Position numbers and translations under genes: made by a program. A stretch of 64,000 nucleotides of DNA from Mobula hypostoma (taxonomy: Eukaryota). The DNA is taken from contig NC_086097.1 of NCBI RefSeq assembly GCF_963921235.1, forward strand, positions 15,252,001 through 15,316,000. Direction: 5' to 3'. Shown piece after piece: positions 50,950-61,548 of this stretch (its first letter is position 1; each line of letters starts with the position of its first letter). The notes under the pieces were generated by a model. That model made no database searches. It saw only the letters and a program-made list of their open reading frames with translations, and was not told the DNA's origin.

Positions 50950-51450
50950 CAGACATCCCACCTCTCCCATTAATAGTGGCTCCCTGATGCCTGCAAATTA
51001 TATACAATATCACAGAAATCAATTTTTTTGAGAGAGAGCAGGCGAGCAAGAGAGAGTGACCACAAGAATGAGAGTGCAAGCGAGAGAGAGAGCGCGCCAT
51101 GGCAGAGTGTTCCAAAGAAAGAAAATATAAAACGTACGTCACCCCAGATTACACTAAAGTGTACCCCTGCCTAATAGTGGTCAAAATAATGACAGTGTTG
51201 CTCGCTGCGCTGTTTGCAACAGTGACTTTTCTATTGCCCATGGTGGGTTAAGACTGTAAAAGACATGTTGAGGTGAGTTTAACAGGTGTCATTCATTTAT
51301 TAGCATAGCTAACGTTATTTAAACTAGCTGGCCAGCTGCTAAGGAGCTACTCTATTGCAGACATCCCACCTCTCCCGGAAGTTCCAGGAGTCTCCCGCAA
51401 ATTGATGGTGCTACCTCCCTGAAATGAGTTTTTGCAGGGTGGGATGTCTG
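50950..51450 (+). mobile_element. Non-autonomous hAT-like element retaining a zinc-finger first exon
   Basis: 13-bp TIR CAGACATCCCACC / GGTGGGATGTCTG, with an internal TIR copy at 51358; ATG at 51099 opens MAECSKERKYKTY...YPCL, then ARCAVCNSDFSIAHGG..DCKRHVE|GTGAGT across two frameshifts. Confidence 0.75.
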
Positions 51451-51919
51451 TAGAAGTTTTGACAGATGAGAGGCTTTGCTTTTGTCATGTGTACCAAGAT
51501 ATAGTGGAAAAGCCTTTATTTGCAGGCCAACCTGTCAGATTATTCCATAAGTATGAATTGACTGCAGTCATACAAAGGAAACACAATAACAGAATGCAAA
51601 TTATAGTGTCACAGTTACAGAGAAAGTATGCTATAGGTTTTTTACAAATAAGATACAAGGGCCAGGTGAGGAAAACTGAGAGATGAAAAGTTGACTGTCT
51701 GCGTAAGTGACTGGAGTGGTGTGGGAGGGAGGAAGGGGCTTTGTTTTGCTGTTGTTCTTTCCCTTCTGAACGTTGTAGCCACACTACTGTATGTCGGTGC
51801 CAGAACGCGCTGGTGACACTCGCTGACTGCCCTGAAGCACACCCTTAGGTTTTGTATCTTCTGCCTAATGGAAGGGGATATAAGAGAGAATGGCCAGGGG
51901 GAGAATGGTCTTTGATTAC

Positions 51920-52145
51920 TGATGCACTATCAATTACTCCAAAAGACTGGAAGTCGAGTAAATACTGAAAGGCTTTTATTAACAGTAAAATAGATCCCTG
52001 TCCATGTCTGCCCTGGACTGAGGGAGGAGCAGTGACACAATTGCCTTTATTCAGGGCTCTGTGGGAGGAGCCATAGGAGCAGTCAGCAGAGGGGTGTGTC
52101 CAGGCAGGTAATCCAGTTACAATCTATAAAACATGGTTTACCACA
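51920..52145 (-). mobile_element. Solo LTR (Gypsy/BEL-like), 226 bp
   Basis: TG...CA termini; 5-bp TSD ATTAC (51915-51919, 52146-52150); the minus strand has a TATA-like GAATAAAG followed by AATAAA. Confidence 0.85.
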
Positions 52146-53039
52146 ATTACACTGGCTGCTTTCCTAAAACAGTGGGAATAATAGCAGGAAGGCCATTTTT
52201 CTGAGATTGAATGGGCTGTGTTGAAAATTTTCTGCAATTCCCATTCGCCAAATAACCTACCAGCTAGGAAAGTTTCAGAACGAAGAGTTGCTTAATTTAT
52301 GTTTATTTCTTTGGAGATACAGAGTGGAACAGGCCTTTCCAGCCCAGTGAGCCGCGCCCCTCAGCAACCCACTTACTTAACCCCAGACTAATCACTGGAC
52401 AATTTACAATGATCAATTAACCTACTAACTGGTAGGTCTTTGGACTGTGGGAGGAAACCCATACTGCCACAGCAAGAACGTACAAACTCCTTACAGACGG
52501 CAGTGGAACTGAACTCCAAACTCTGAACGTCCTGAGAGGTAATAGCATCGCACTGACCATGGTGCCCCATGAAGATGAGAATTTTCTTCGGGAAGGAGAT
52601 ATGTGGTAGCTCCAAGCTCAGATGGGGAGTCTGAGTAACAGAATATATCTTGAAGGTTGGGACAGATAGGGAAGACAAGGATTAAGTGAACAAGGATGAA
52701 GGTGGAGTTAGAGATCACAGAAATGTAGCGTGGGCCCATGAGGCCATAAACATTATTCCTGTTCCTCCTTCTGAATTTGCATTTGTATGGCACCTCTGCA
52801 ATCCCAATTGGCTTCAGGGCAAAGGAAGTACTTATGCATTGCAATCACTATTGCAGTGTGGTATCATGAGTAATAAATTCAAAAGATCTGATGACTACAG
52901 GACTAAGACTTGACCCTCCCTGTTTATGTGAATCTGTGCCAACATATCCCAGAGCAACCTGTCAGTAAATTACATCAATTCTATGTCTGTTTAACCAGAT
53001 ACCTCAACTAACAGGCAGACCTGTGGAAATCAGGTGATC

Positions 53040-53190
53040 GATCTGGACCGGCGTCCGTCCTGTGGTCGTAGACTCATGGAGAGTTACAGCGAGACACAGT
53101 ACAGAAATGGGCAACCGATCTGGACCAGCATCTGTCCTGTGGTTGTAGATTAATGGAGAGTTACAGAGAGAGACAGCACAGAAATAGACC
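53040..53190. repeat. ~77-bp tandem duplication
   Basis: GATCTGGACC.GC.TC.GTCCTGTGGT.GTAGA...ATGGAGAGTTACAG.GAGA...CAG.ACAGAAAT occurs twice. Confidence 0.9.
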
Positions 53191-53260
53191 ATTCAGCCCA
53201 ACAAGACTGTTCCTACCACCAACCACCTCTTTACTCCAATCTTAGATTAATCTCATTTGA

Positions 53261-53316
53261 TTCTTCCCATATTCTCACCAGTTCTCCCCATATTCTCACC
53301 AGTTCTCCCCATATTC
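53261..53316. repeat. 21-bp minisatellite, about 2.7 copies
   Basis: TTCTCCCCATATTCTCACCAG units. Confidence 0.9.
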
Positions 53317-53371
53317 TACAAACACAACATTTTCAAAGATTCAAAGTCTACTTATTACCAAAATAAAGGAG

Positions 53372-53822
53372 TGGAACCCAGTTTGGTCTTCTGCTGCTGT
53401 AGCTCATCCGCTTCAAGGTTGGACGTGTGTGTTGTGCATTCAGAGATGCTCCGCTGCGCCCCACTGTCGTAACATGTGGTTATTTGAGTTAATGTCGCCT
53501 TTCTGTCAGCTTGAACCAACTTGGCCATTCTCCTCTGACTTCTCTCATCAACAAGGCATTTTTGTCCACAGACTGCCGCTCACTGGATGTTATTTTTTTG
53601 TTTCTCGCACCATTCTCTGTAAACTCTAGTGCAGTGGTTCCCAACCTGGTGTCCACGGACCCCTCAATTAACGGTAGGGTTCCAAGGCATAAAAAAGGTT
53701 GGGACCCCTGCTCTAGAGACTGTTGTGCATGTGCAATTTCTGAGATACTCAAACCACCCTGTCTAGCACCAAAAATTATTCCACAGTCAAAGTCACTTAG
53801 ATCACATTTCTTCCCCATTCTG
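53372..53822 (-). mobile_element. Tc1-like transposase N-terminal fragment
   Basis: MGKKCDLSDFDCGIIFGARQGGLSISEIA...TSSERQ...ISECTTHTSNLEADELQQQK, a frameshifted version of the paired-like HTH of fish Tc1 elements. Confidence 0.9.
53632..53710. mobile_element. ~80-bp hAT (Charlie-like) MITE nested in the Tc1 fragment
   Basis: CAGTGGTTCCCAACCT...AGGTTGGGACCCCTG; TSD CTCTAGTG/CTCTAGAG (NTCTAGAN-type target). Confidence 0.9.
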
Positions 53823-54021
53823 ACACTCCTGTGCCTAGTGTCACTTTATGGACATACAATCAATGTACATAAGCTATCTTATGTATTTATATCTATTGCG
53901 GTTTTTTTATTATTGTGTTTTTTATATTGTTGCGTTTCTTTGTGTGCTGCGGGGTAACAATTATTTAATTCTCCTTTACAGTGTCTACTGAAAATTACAT
54001 TAAACAATCTTGAAATTAGAT

Positions 54022-54947
54022 CCCACCACTAAGCACACCTTTCCCTCCCCCCCCTCTGCATTCCGCAGGGATCGCTCCCGACACAACTCCCTTGTCCATT
54101 CGTTTCCCCTCCCCCATCCCTCCCCACTGATCTCCCCCCTGGCACTTATCTGTGTAAGCGGAACAAGTGCTACACATGCCCTTACACTTCCTCCCTTACC
54201 ACCATTCAGGGCCCCAAACAGTCCTTCCAGGTGAGGCAACACTTCACCTGTGAGTCGACTGGGGTGATATACTGCGTCCGGTGCTCCCGATGTGGCCTTT
54301 TATATTTGGCGAGACCCGACGCAGACTGGGAGACCGCTTTGCTGAACACCTACGCTCTGTCCGCCAGAGAAAGCAGGATCTCCCAGTGGCCACACATTTT
54401 AATTCCACATCCCATTCCCATTCTGACATGTCTATCCACGGCCTCCTCTACTGTAAAGATGAAGCCACACTCAGGTTGGAGGAACAACAGCTTATATTCC
54501 GTCTGGGTAGCCTCCAACCTGATGGCATGAATATCGACTTCTCTAACTTCCGCTAAGGCCCCACCTCCCCCTCGTACCCCATCTGTTACTTATTTTTATG
54601 CACACATTCTTTCTCTCACTCTCCTTTTAATCCCTCTGTCCCTCTGAATATACCTCTTGCCCTTACTCTGGGTCCCCCCCCCGCGTCTTTCTTCCCGGAC
54701 CTCCTGTCCCATGATCCTCTCGTATCCCCTTTTGCCTATCACCTGTCCAGCTCTTGGCTCCATCCCTCCCCCTCCTGTCTTCTCCTATCATTTTGGATCT
54801 CCCCCTCCCCCTCCAACTTTCAAATCCCTTACTCACTCTTCCTTCAGTTCGTCCTGACGAAGGGTCTCGGCCTGAAACGTCGACTGCACCTCTTCCTACA
54901 GATGCTGCTTGGCCTGCTGTGTTCACCAGCAACTTTGATATGTGTTG
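54022..54947 (+). mobile_element. 5'-truncated Penelope-like retroelement: GIY-YIG endonuclease, 3' UTR, hammerhead-bearing terminal repeat
   Basis: HFTCESTGVIYCVRCSRCGLLY-(I)GETRRRLGDRFAEHLRS...VATHFNSTSHSH...GSLQPDGMNIDFSNFR* (frameshift at YIG); 13-bp duplication CTTGAAATTAGAT at 54009-54021 and 54948-54960. Confidence 0.95.
54851..54886 (+). ncRNA. Minimal hammerhead ribozyme motif, sense to the GIY-YIG ORF
   Basis: GTC-CTGACGA-AGGGTCTCGGCCT-GAAA-CGTC-GAC. Confidence 0.7.
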
Positions 54948-56395
54948 CTTGAAATTAGATTATTGCCTGATGGGGAAAGTTGTGTTGGACTGTAGTGAGT
55001 GGGTGAGAGACTGAGATGAAAGAAACAGCCCAGGTGCAAAAAGCTAAATGGAATGCTTCTATGTGGTATGATACTACGACTCAATCACACTGCGATACCA
55101 AGAGATGAGCCAATAATTGAACCATGCTAATAAAAAGGGAGAAATCACTCTCCTTGACAGGAACAACTGAACGTAAAAAGAACCTCACATTAAAACAAGA
55201 GATGTCGCTATTGATTGTTCAGATATTCCCATGACTGATAGCCCCCTGATTTGTTTGTCTTTGGAGTTAATTATAGAACTCATTTGTGTCTCAAAGAAAC
55301 GATGAGAGAAATTATAGGTGGCACCATGCAACGATCAGGTTTTCAGAGCCAATGCAGGAAAAATAGAGACTATTCACTCATCGGCTGGAAGAGAAAATCC
55401 ATTCTGATGTCATTGGAGGAGTGCTGCACTGTCTTTTGTATTAAACATTAAACCAGGTCCTCATCTGACTCTGCGGTGGATGGAAAAGTTACCGTAACAC
55501 TAAAGAAAAAGTGCCATGGTATCTTTTCTAAAAACTTAATCTCTCGGTTTAACATCTCATCAAAAGATTTGCTTGTTCATTTGTTTGATATATGCCATGT
55601 TGTATGACGTAGGTGATTGTGGTCTTTCCATGACCGTGATTGTTCCTGGCAAGTTTTTCTACAAAAGTGGTCCTTCTTCTGGGCAGTGTCTTTACAAGAC
55701 AAGTGACCCCAGCCATTATCAATTCTCTTCAGAGATTGTCTGCCTGGCTTCAGTGGTTGCATAACCAGAACTTGTGATATGCAACAGGCTGCTCGTACGA
55801 CCATCCACCACGTGCTCCCATGGCTTCATGTGACCTTGATTGGGGGGGGGGCTAGGGCCGTTGCTACACCTTGCCCAAGGGTGACCTGCAGGCAAGCGGA
55901 GCGAAGGGAAAGAGCAGCTTACACCTCCTTTGGAAGAGACTTATCTCCAACCCGCCACCCACATTCAAAAGGTGAGCACCTCTGATACAACCTCAGAAAA
56001 GGACAGGGACAACACTTAGGTCTGTTGTACTGGCCGTCCTGGGTTATGAACGACTGACTTATGTGGCATCCCTATATACGAGCGATCTCCTATATAGTTA
56101 TCAAATTCAAAAATTTTCGTACATACATTTTGAAGGACCTGGAGGCCCTCACATTCCTACAGACAGCAGAACTAGATTAGCCTCTCAATCCACTTCTACT
56201 AATTTTTCTTTTTTATCAGGTCCTGTGCTTTTGATGCCATCCATCACAATACTGTGGAGATATGGTTAGCATTGAGTGATTTTTATGTATTTTCCAAAAA
56301 AATTGATTAATGGATTGTCTGTAAAACTAGAAACCCTGCATTACCTTGGGACAGACTGAAGCAATTGCCACTCGTCGATACACTAGGAGGCTTTA

Positions 56396-56975
56396 ACATA
56401 GAAACATAGAAACATAGAAAATAGGTGCAGGAGTAGGCCATTCGGCCCTTCGAGCCTGCACCGCCATTTATTATGATCATGGCTGATCATCCAACTCAGA
56501 ACCCAGCCTTCCCTCCATACCCCCTGACCTCTGTAGCCACAAGGGCCATATCTAACTTCCTTTTAAACATAGCTAATGAACTGGCCTCAACAGTTTGCTG
56601 TGGCAGAGAATTCCACAGATTCACCACTCTCTGTGTGAAGAAGTTTTTCCTAATCTCGGTCCTAAAAGGCTTCCCCTCTATCCTCAAACTGTGACCCCTC
56701 GTTCTGGACCTCCCCAACATCGGGAACAATCTTCCCGCATCTAGCCTGTCCAATCCCTTTAGGATCTTATACGTTTCAATCAGATCCCCCCTCAATCTTC
56801 TAAATTCCAACGAGTACAAGCCCAGTTCATCCAGTCTTTCTTCATATGAAAGACCTGCCATCCCAGGAATCAATCTGGTGAACCTTCTTTGTACTCCCTC
56901 TATGGCAAAGATGTCTTTCCTCAGATTAGGGGACCAAAACTGCACACAATACTCCAGGTGTGGTCTCACCAAGGC
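56396..56975 (-). mobile_element. Young 5'-truncated CR1 LINE
   Basis: Uninterrupted 158-aa ORF VRPHLEYCVQFWSPNLRKDIFAIEGVQRRFTRLIPGM...RGYGGKAG and (CATAGAAA)3 tail. Confidence 0.97.
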
Positions 56976-57052
56976 CTACTGAATCAAACAGCTTTGGTGT
57001 GTGGTATGGAACTGAAGCACCCAAGGGAAATTGTGTGCAAACTCCACACAGT

Positions 57053-57362
57053 CGCCATGGTAGTGTAGTTGTTAGTACAATACTATTACAGCTGGGAGTG
57101 TCAGAGTGCAGACTTCAGTTTGTAACTAAGTTTGTATGTTCTTTCCATGAGGGCATGGGTTTTCTCCAGGTGCTCCAGTTTCCTCCCACAGTCCAAAGGC
57201 ATGCCGGTTGGTAGGTTAATTGGTCGTTGTAAATTGTCCTGTGATTAGGCTAGGGTTAAATAGGTGTGTTTTGGGGTGGTGCGGTTTGTTGGGCCAGAAG
57301 GTCCTATTCTGCACTGTGTCTCTAAATAAATAAACACAAGTAAATAAATAAATAAATAAATC
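57053..57362 (+). mobile_element. V-type SINE
   Basis: tRNA-like head, TGCTCCAGTTTCCTCCCACAGTCCAAAG core and (TAAA)n tail. Confidence 0.85.
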
Positions 57363-58537
57363 AACCAGCAACTCCTTATTCCAAAGCCTCCCTTAGTTGG
57401 TAGGTTAATTGGCTACTGCGAATTGCAGAAATTTTTCCATCTCAGATGAAAAGCCTTCTTTCCATTATTTCCACTAACTCATGAGAGCAGCCAACATAAT
57501 CAAAGACCTTCTCACCATGGTCATTCTCTCTTCTGCCCCCTCCCATCAGGCAGAAGATACAAACACTTGAAGCATGTACCACCAGGCTTAAGGATAGTTT
57601 TTATCTTGTTACAAGACTCTTGATGGGACTTGAGATTCAGATTAGTTTACAGGCAGTGAAAGGTGTTATTTACATTACCAACCAACACAACCCAAAGATG
57701 TGCCTGGGGGCATTGAGTTGAATTAGACAACACCTGAGGGCAGGATTGAACCGATGTTGTTGCCTTTGCGAGGCAGCAGCTCGACTCATAATACCACCAT
57801 GCCACCCTTTGTAGCCAGCAGCCAATGACCAAATAACTAAGGCCCTAAACTATTCTCAGACACAATTAAGTCATTCACTCACTCCACCACAGTAAGAACA
57901 GATTGTACCATCCGTAGGATGCACTGCAGCAATTCACCAAGACTCCTTAAACAGGCAGCACCTTCCAAAGACACAGCCTCTACCAGACAGACGAACTAGG
58001 ACAGCAATGACATGGGGCACCTCCACCTAGAAGCTGCCCTCCAAGCCGCACACCGCCTTGACCTCAAAAATGTATGACCACAACACATAATTTGGGAATT
58101 TGGCCCATCGAGTCTGCTCCACCATTTCATCATGGCTGATCCATTTCCTTCTTCACCCCATAACCTTCCACACCCTGACATTGAGACATCAAAACAGACA
58201 GTCATTTGTGTCAACGATCAACACAGCCCGAGGATGTGCTGGGGGAAGCCTGCAAGGGTCAGCAATGACATACCACGCCCTCAACTTGCCTTTGTAACGT
58301 GGAGGAAACTGGAGTCCTCGAGGAAATCCATGTGGTCCTGAGGAGAACACAGAGACTCCTACAGAAAATGGTGGAATTGAACCTGGTCACTGGCACTGTA
58401 ACAGAGTTATGCTAACCGCTACATTATCGCTCCTTCCCCTTTGTTAACTTGGAAATATAACAATGTTCCTTCTCTGTCAAACTCCTGGAACCCCTTCCCC
58501 CTCCCCACCCTCTCCAACAGCATTGTGGGTAATCCTA

Positions 58538-59000
58538 CAGCACTGTGCAAAAGACTTAGGCACTTATCTAGAGCTTTGTGCTTAAGGTCTCTGCACAGTA
58601 CTGTATTTGACAACGAGGAGCAGAGAGCAAGTTTGTTAATCTGTCGGGAGCAAAGGATTGGTGAGGGTGGAGCATTGTGGGAGGGGTGTGGGACAGATGT
58701 CAGGGGTGGGGAGTTGGCGTGGGTGCAGACACACCCAGCCCTGAGACACCAGGCAAGGTCATTTGATTCCAAACAATTGGTTTATTGATCATTACAGAAT
58801 GTCTCTCTGGTGTTTCCTGCTCCCTGCCCGCTCCCTTCTTCCTGCCTCCTTCCCACTCTCAGTCCACAGTAGAGACTCATATCAGAATCAGGCTTATCAT
58901 CACTCACATATGTCATAAAACTTGTTTACTTTTAGTGGCAGCAGTATAGTGCAATACATAAAATTACTACAGTACTATGCAAAGGTCTTAGGCACCCTGG
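58538..59000. mobile_element. Composite Tc1/mariner-like element with palindromic terminal units (copy 2)
   Basis: TA|CAGCACTGTGCAAAAGACTTAGGCAC...GTGCTTAAGGTCTCTGCACAGTACTG|TA (58538-58603), interior antisense to 2077-2623, second unit CAGTACTATGCAAAGGTCTTAGGCACC at 58970. Confidence 0.75.
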
Positions 59001-59578
59001 CAGTTTCAAGAAGGCTGCTCACCACCACCTTATCAAGGGCATGTAACAACAGGTAATTAAATGTTGGCTCAGCCTGCGAAGTCCACTCCCCTTGAATGGA
59101 TACTAAAGAAACAACAACAACACCAACATATAAAAAAATCTTCCAGCCTCAAAACCCACTTGTCGTGAACCGAGGTTCCCATAGCAACCCTTCACAGACT
59201 GACCCTCAGGGATGGTAGTGGCTTTCCAGCAAGGTTCTGCTCGTGACTATGACATTGTACTCACAGCCACGGTAATCTATTACCCTCAATCCATACTCAC
59301 ACCAGTCTTTCATCATCAAATGTAGAATTTGCGGATAGAGCGGGGCAGCACTTTAGCGCAGCGTAAAGCTCATCGCTTTACGAAGTCAGCGTTCACCGAC
59401 TGGAGTTCCATTCCCGCCACTACCCATAAGGAGTTTTTGTACGGTCTCCCCACGATTGCATGGGTTTCCTCTGGATGCTCTGGTTTCCTCTCACATTCCA
59501 GAGATGTACGGTTAGTGTTAGCGAGTGGTGGGCATGCTGTTTTGGCACCAGAAGAATGGGCTGCCCAGCACAATCCTT

Positions 59579-59720
59579 ACGAAGTTAGCCCTGACGAAGG
59601 GTCTCGGCCTGAAACGTCAACTGCACCTCTTCCTAGAGATGCTGCCTGGCCTGCTGCGTTCACCAGCAACTTTGATGTGTGTTGCTTGAATTTCCAGCAT
59701 CTGCAGAATTCCTGTTGTTT
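59579..59720 (+). mobile_element. Solo Penelope-like terminal repeat with hammerhead motif, nested in a V-SINE (about 59341-59810)
   Basis: CCTGACGAAGGGTCTCGGCCTGAAACGTCAACTG...; ACAATCCTT duplicated at 59570-59578 and 59721-59729. Confidence 0.85.
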
Positions 59721-60419
59721 ACAATCCTTGTTGAATTGACTTGACGCGAACGACACATTTCACTGTACGCTTCTATGTAAGCAGGACAAATACAGATAAT
59801 CTCTCTTTAGTGATGTAGCATTCCGCATTCAAGCCTCACTGTTTCTGAGGGGTGTAATGAAGTCTCAGCATTTTACCGTTGTGAAGTTGAAGGAGACCGG
59901 AGCAGTGGCTGCACGTAATTGGGTTTCCCAACTAGGGTTAAAATTCCCATCTCGGTTCCGAGCCGAACTCAAGCACGCGCCATCCTGGTCTTTCGCGGCA
60001 ATCCCAACTTGAACCTGGATGTATCACGAAGTACATTGCATAACCACAACGTGTGATTGCCTATCTGCGTCAAGGAGGTAAAACAATTTACAGCCACGGA
60101 GTATGAGAGAAAATCTGTCTAATTAAACATGGGTTATGAAAGAGGATAAATACAGCAATCATTTTATAGTTTAAATAAGTGAACTTTAATGAAGCAAAGC
60201 TGAGATGCCAGAGGTCCCTGGTGGGTAATAAACACTGAAATGGCTTGACTATAGCTCACTAGATCACACCTAATGATGCGTGCAAAATCTAATAAAGCTC
60301 TTATAAACAAATCTTGACTTGGCTAATAAACGCTGGATCAAGCACGTTCTTAAACAGAGGGAAAGTACATCCGATCATGCCAATATGATTTAGCCCTCTA
60401 CTCTAGTCGCTTTAGGTTT

Positions 60420-61388
60420 ATAACTGTGAGGGTAAGCACAGCTCCAATGCCAAGTTTGTGGAAGACACCACTGTCGTTGGTCGAATCAAAGGTGATGGTG
60501 AATCAGCATATAGGAGGGGGATTAAAAATCTGGCTGAGTGGTGCTACAACAACAACCTCTCACTCAATGTCAGCAAGACCAAGGATCTGATTATTGACTT
60601 CAGGAGGAGGAAACCCGTGGTCGATGAGCCTCAGGGGATCAGAGGAGAAGAGGGTTAGCAACTTTAAATTCCTCGGTGTTATCGTTGTGTAGTTATGAAG
60701 AACACGCGGCAGCACCTCTACTTCCTCAGAAGTTTACGAATCTTTGGCATGACATCTAACACTTTGACAAAGGTCAGTGGATGTGTGGTGGAGAGTACAT
60801 TGACTGGTTGTATCACAGCCTGGTATGGAAACACCAATGCCCTTCAAAGGAAAATCCTACAAAATTTAGCGGACATGTCTTAGTCCATCATTGGCAATGC
60901 CCTCCCTACCACTCAACACATCTACACAGGATGCTGTTGCAGGAAAGCAGCATCCATCATCAGGGACCCCTACCACTCAAGTCATGCTCCCTTCTTGCTG
61001 TTGCCATCAGGAAGAAGGTACAGGAACCTCAGGACCCACACCATCAGGTTCAGGAACACCTATTACCCCCCTCAACCATCAGGCTCTTGAACCAGTGGGG
61101 AATAACTTCATTCACCCCAACACTGAACTGTTCACACAACCTATGGACTCACTCTCAAGGATTCTTCATTTCATGTTATGGATATTTATTGCTTATTTAT
61201 GTATTATTACTTTTGCTTGTTTTTTTGTATTTGCAGTTTGTAGTCTTCTGCATATTGATTCCTTGTCCATTTTGTATGCAGTTTTTCATTGATTTTATTG
61301 TATTTCCTTGTATTTACTGTGAATGCCCACAAGAAAGTGAGTCTCAGGGTAGTATACAGTGACATATAATAATAAATTTACTTTGAAC
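60420..61388 (+). mobile_element. Rex1/L2-like LINE 3' part (RT C-terminus to tail), decayed
   Basis: KFVEDTTVVGRIKGDGESAYRRGIKNLAEWCYNNNLSLNVSKTKDLIIDFRRRK; RQHLYFLRSLRIFGM...VESTLTGCITAWYGN; tail AATAAATTTACTTTGAAC. Confidence 0.9.
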
Positions 61389-61399
61389 AATTCTCCTGC

Positions 61400-61548
61400 T
61401 CTTCTTCAAAGGAGTATTATTGGATCTTTGTGGTTTTCACAATAGGACAAAGCCTCAGTTTAAAATTTCATCTGAAAGAGTATCAATGGAGTTTGTTGTG
61501 TTGATGTCACATGGGAACCCACCACTTTCAGACTCAGAGACAAGTGTT
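61400..61548 (-). mobile_element. Old Deu-type (SacSINE/AmnSINE-like) SINE remnant; similar remnants at about 55430-55570 and 62170-62550
   Basis: GGATCTTT...GCCTCAGTTTAAAATTTCATCTGAAAGA...GAACCCACCACTTTCAGACTCAGAG resembles the antisense head and Deu region of shark SINEs. Confidence 0.5.

Noticed and set aside
53040..53316. CRISPR-like or functional repeat array
   Set aside because: Simple head-to-tail tandem duplications without unique spacers, in a eukaryotic context.
55840..55960. HDV-like ribozyme at the 5' end of the RTE-tailed element (GGGTGGC could pair with GTCACCC)
   Set aside because: A P1-like and a P4-like helix can be drawn, but I could not fit P3/L3 and P2 to the HDV topology; a covariance-model search would be needed.
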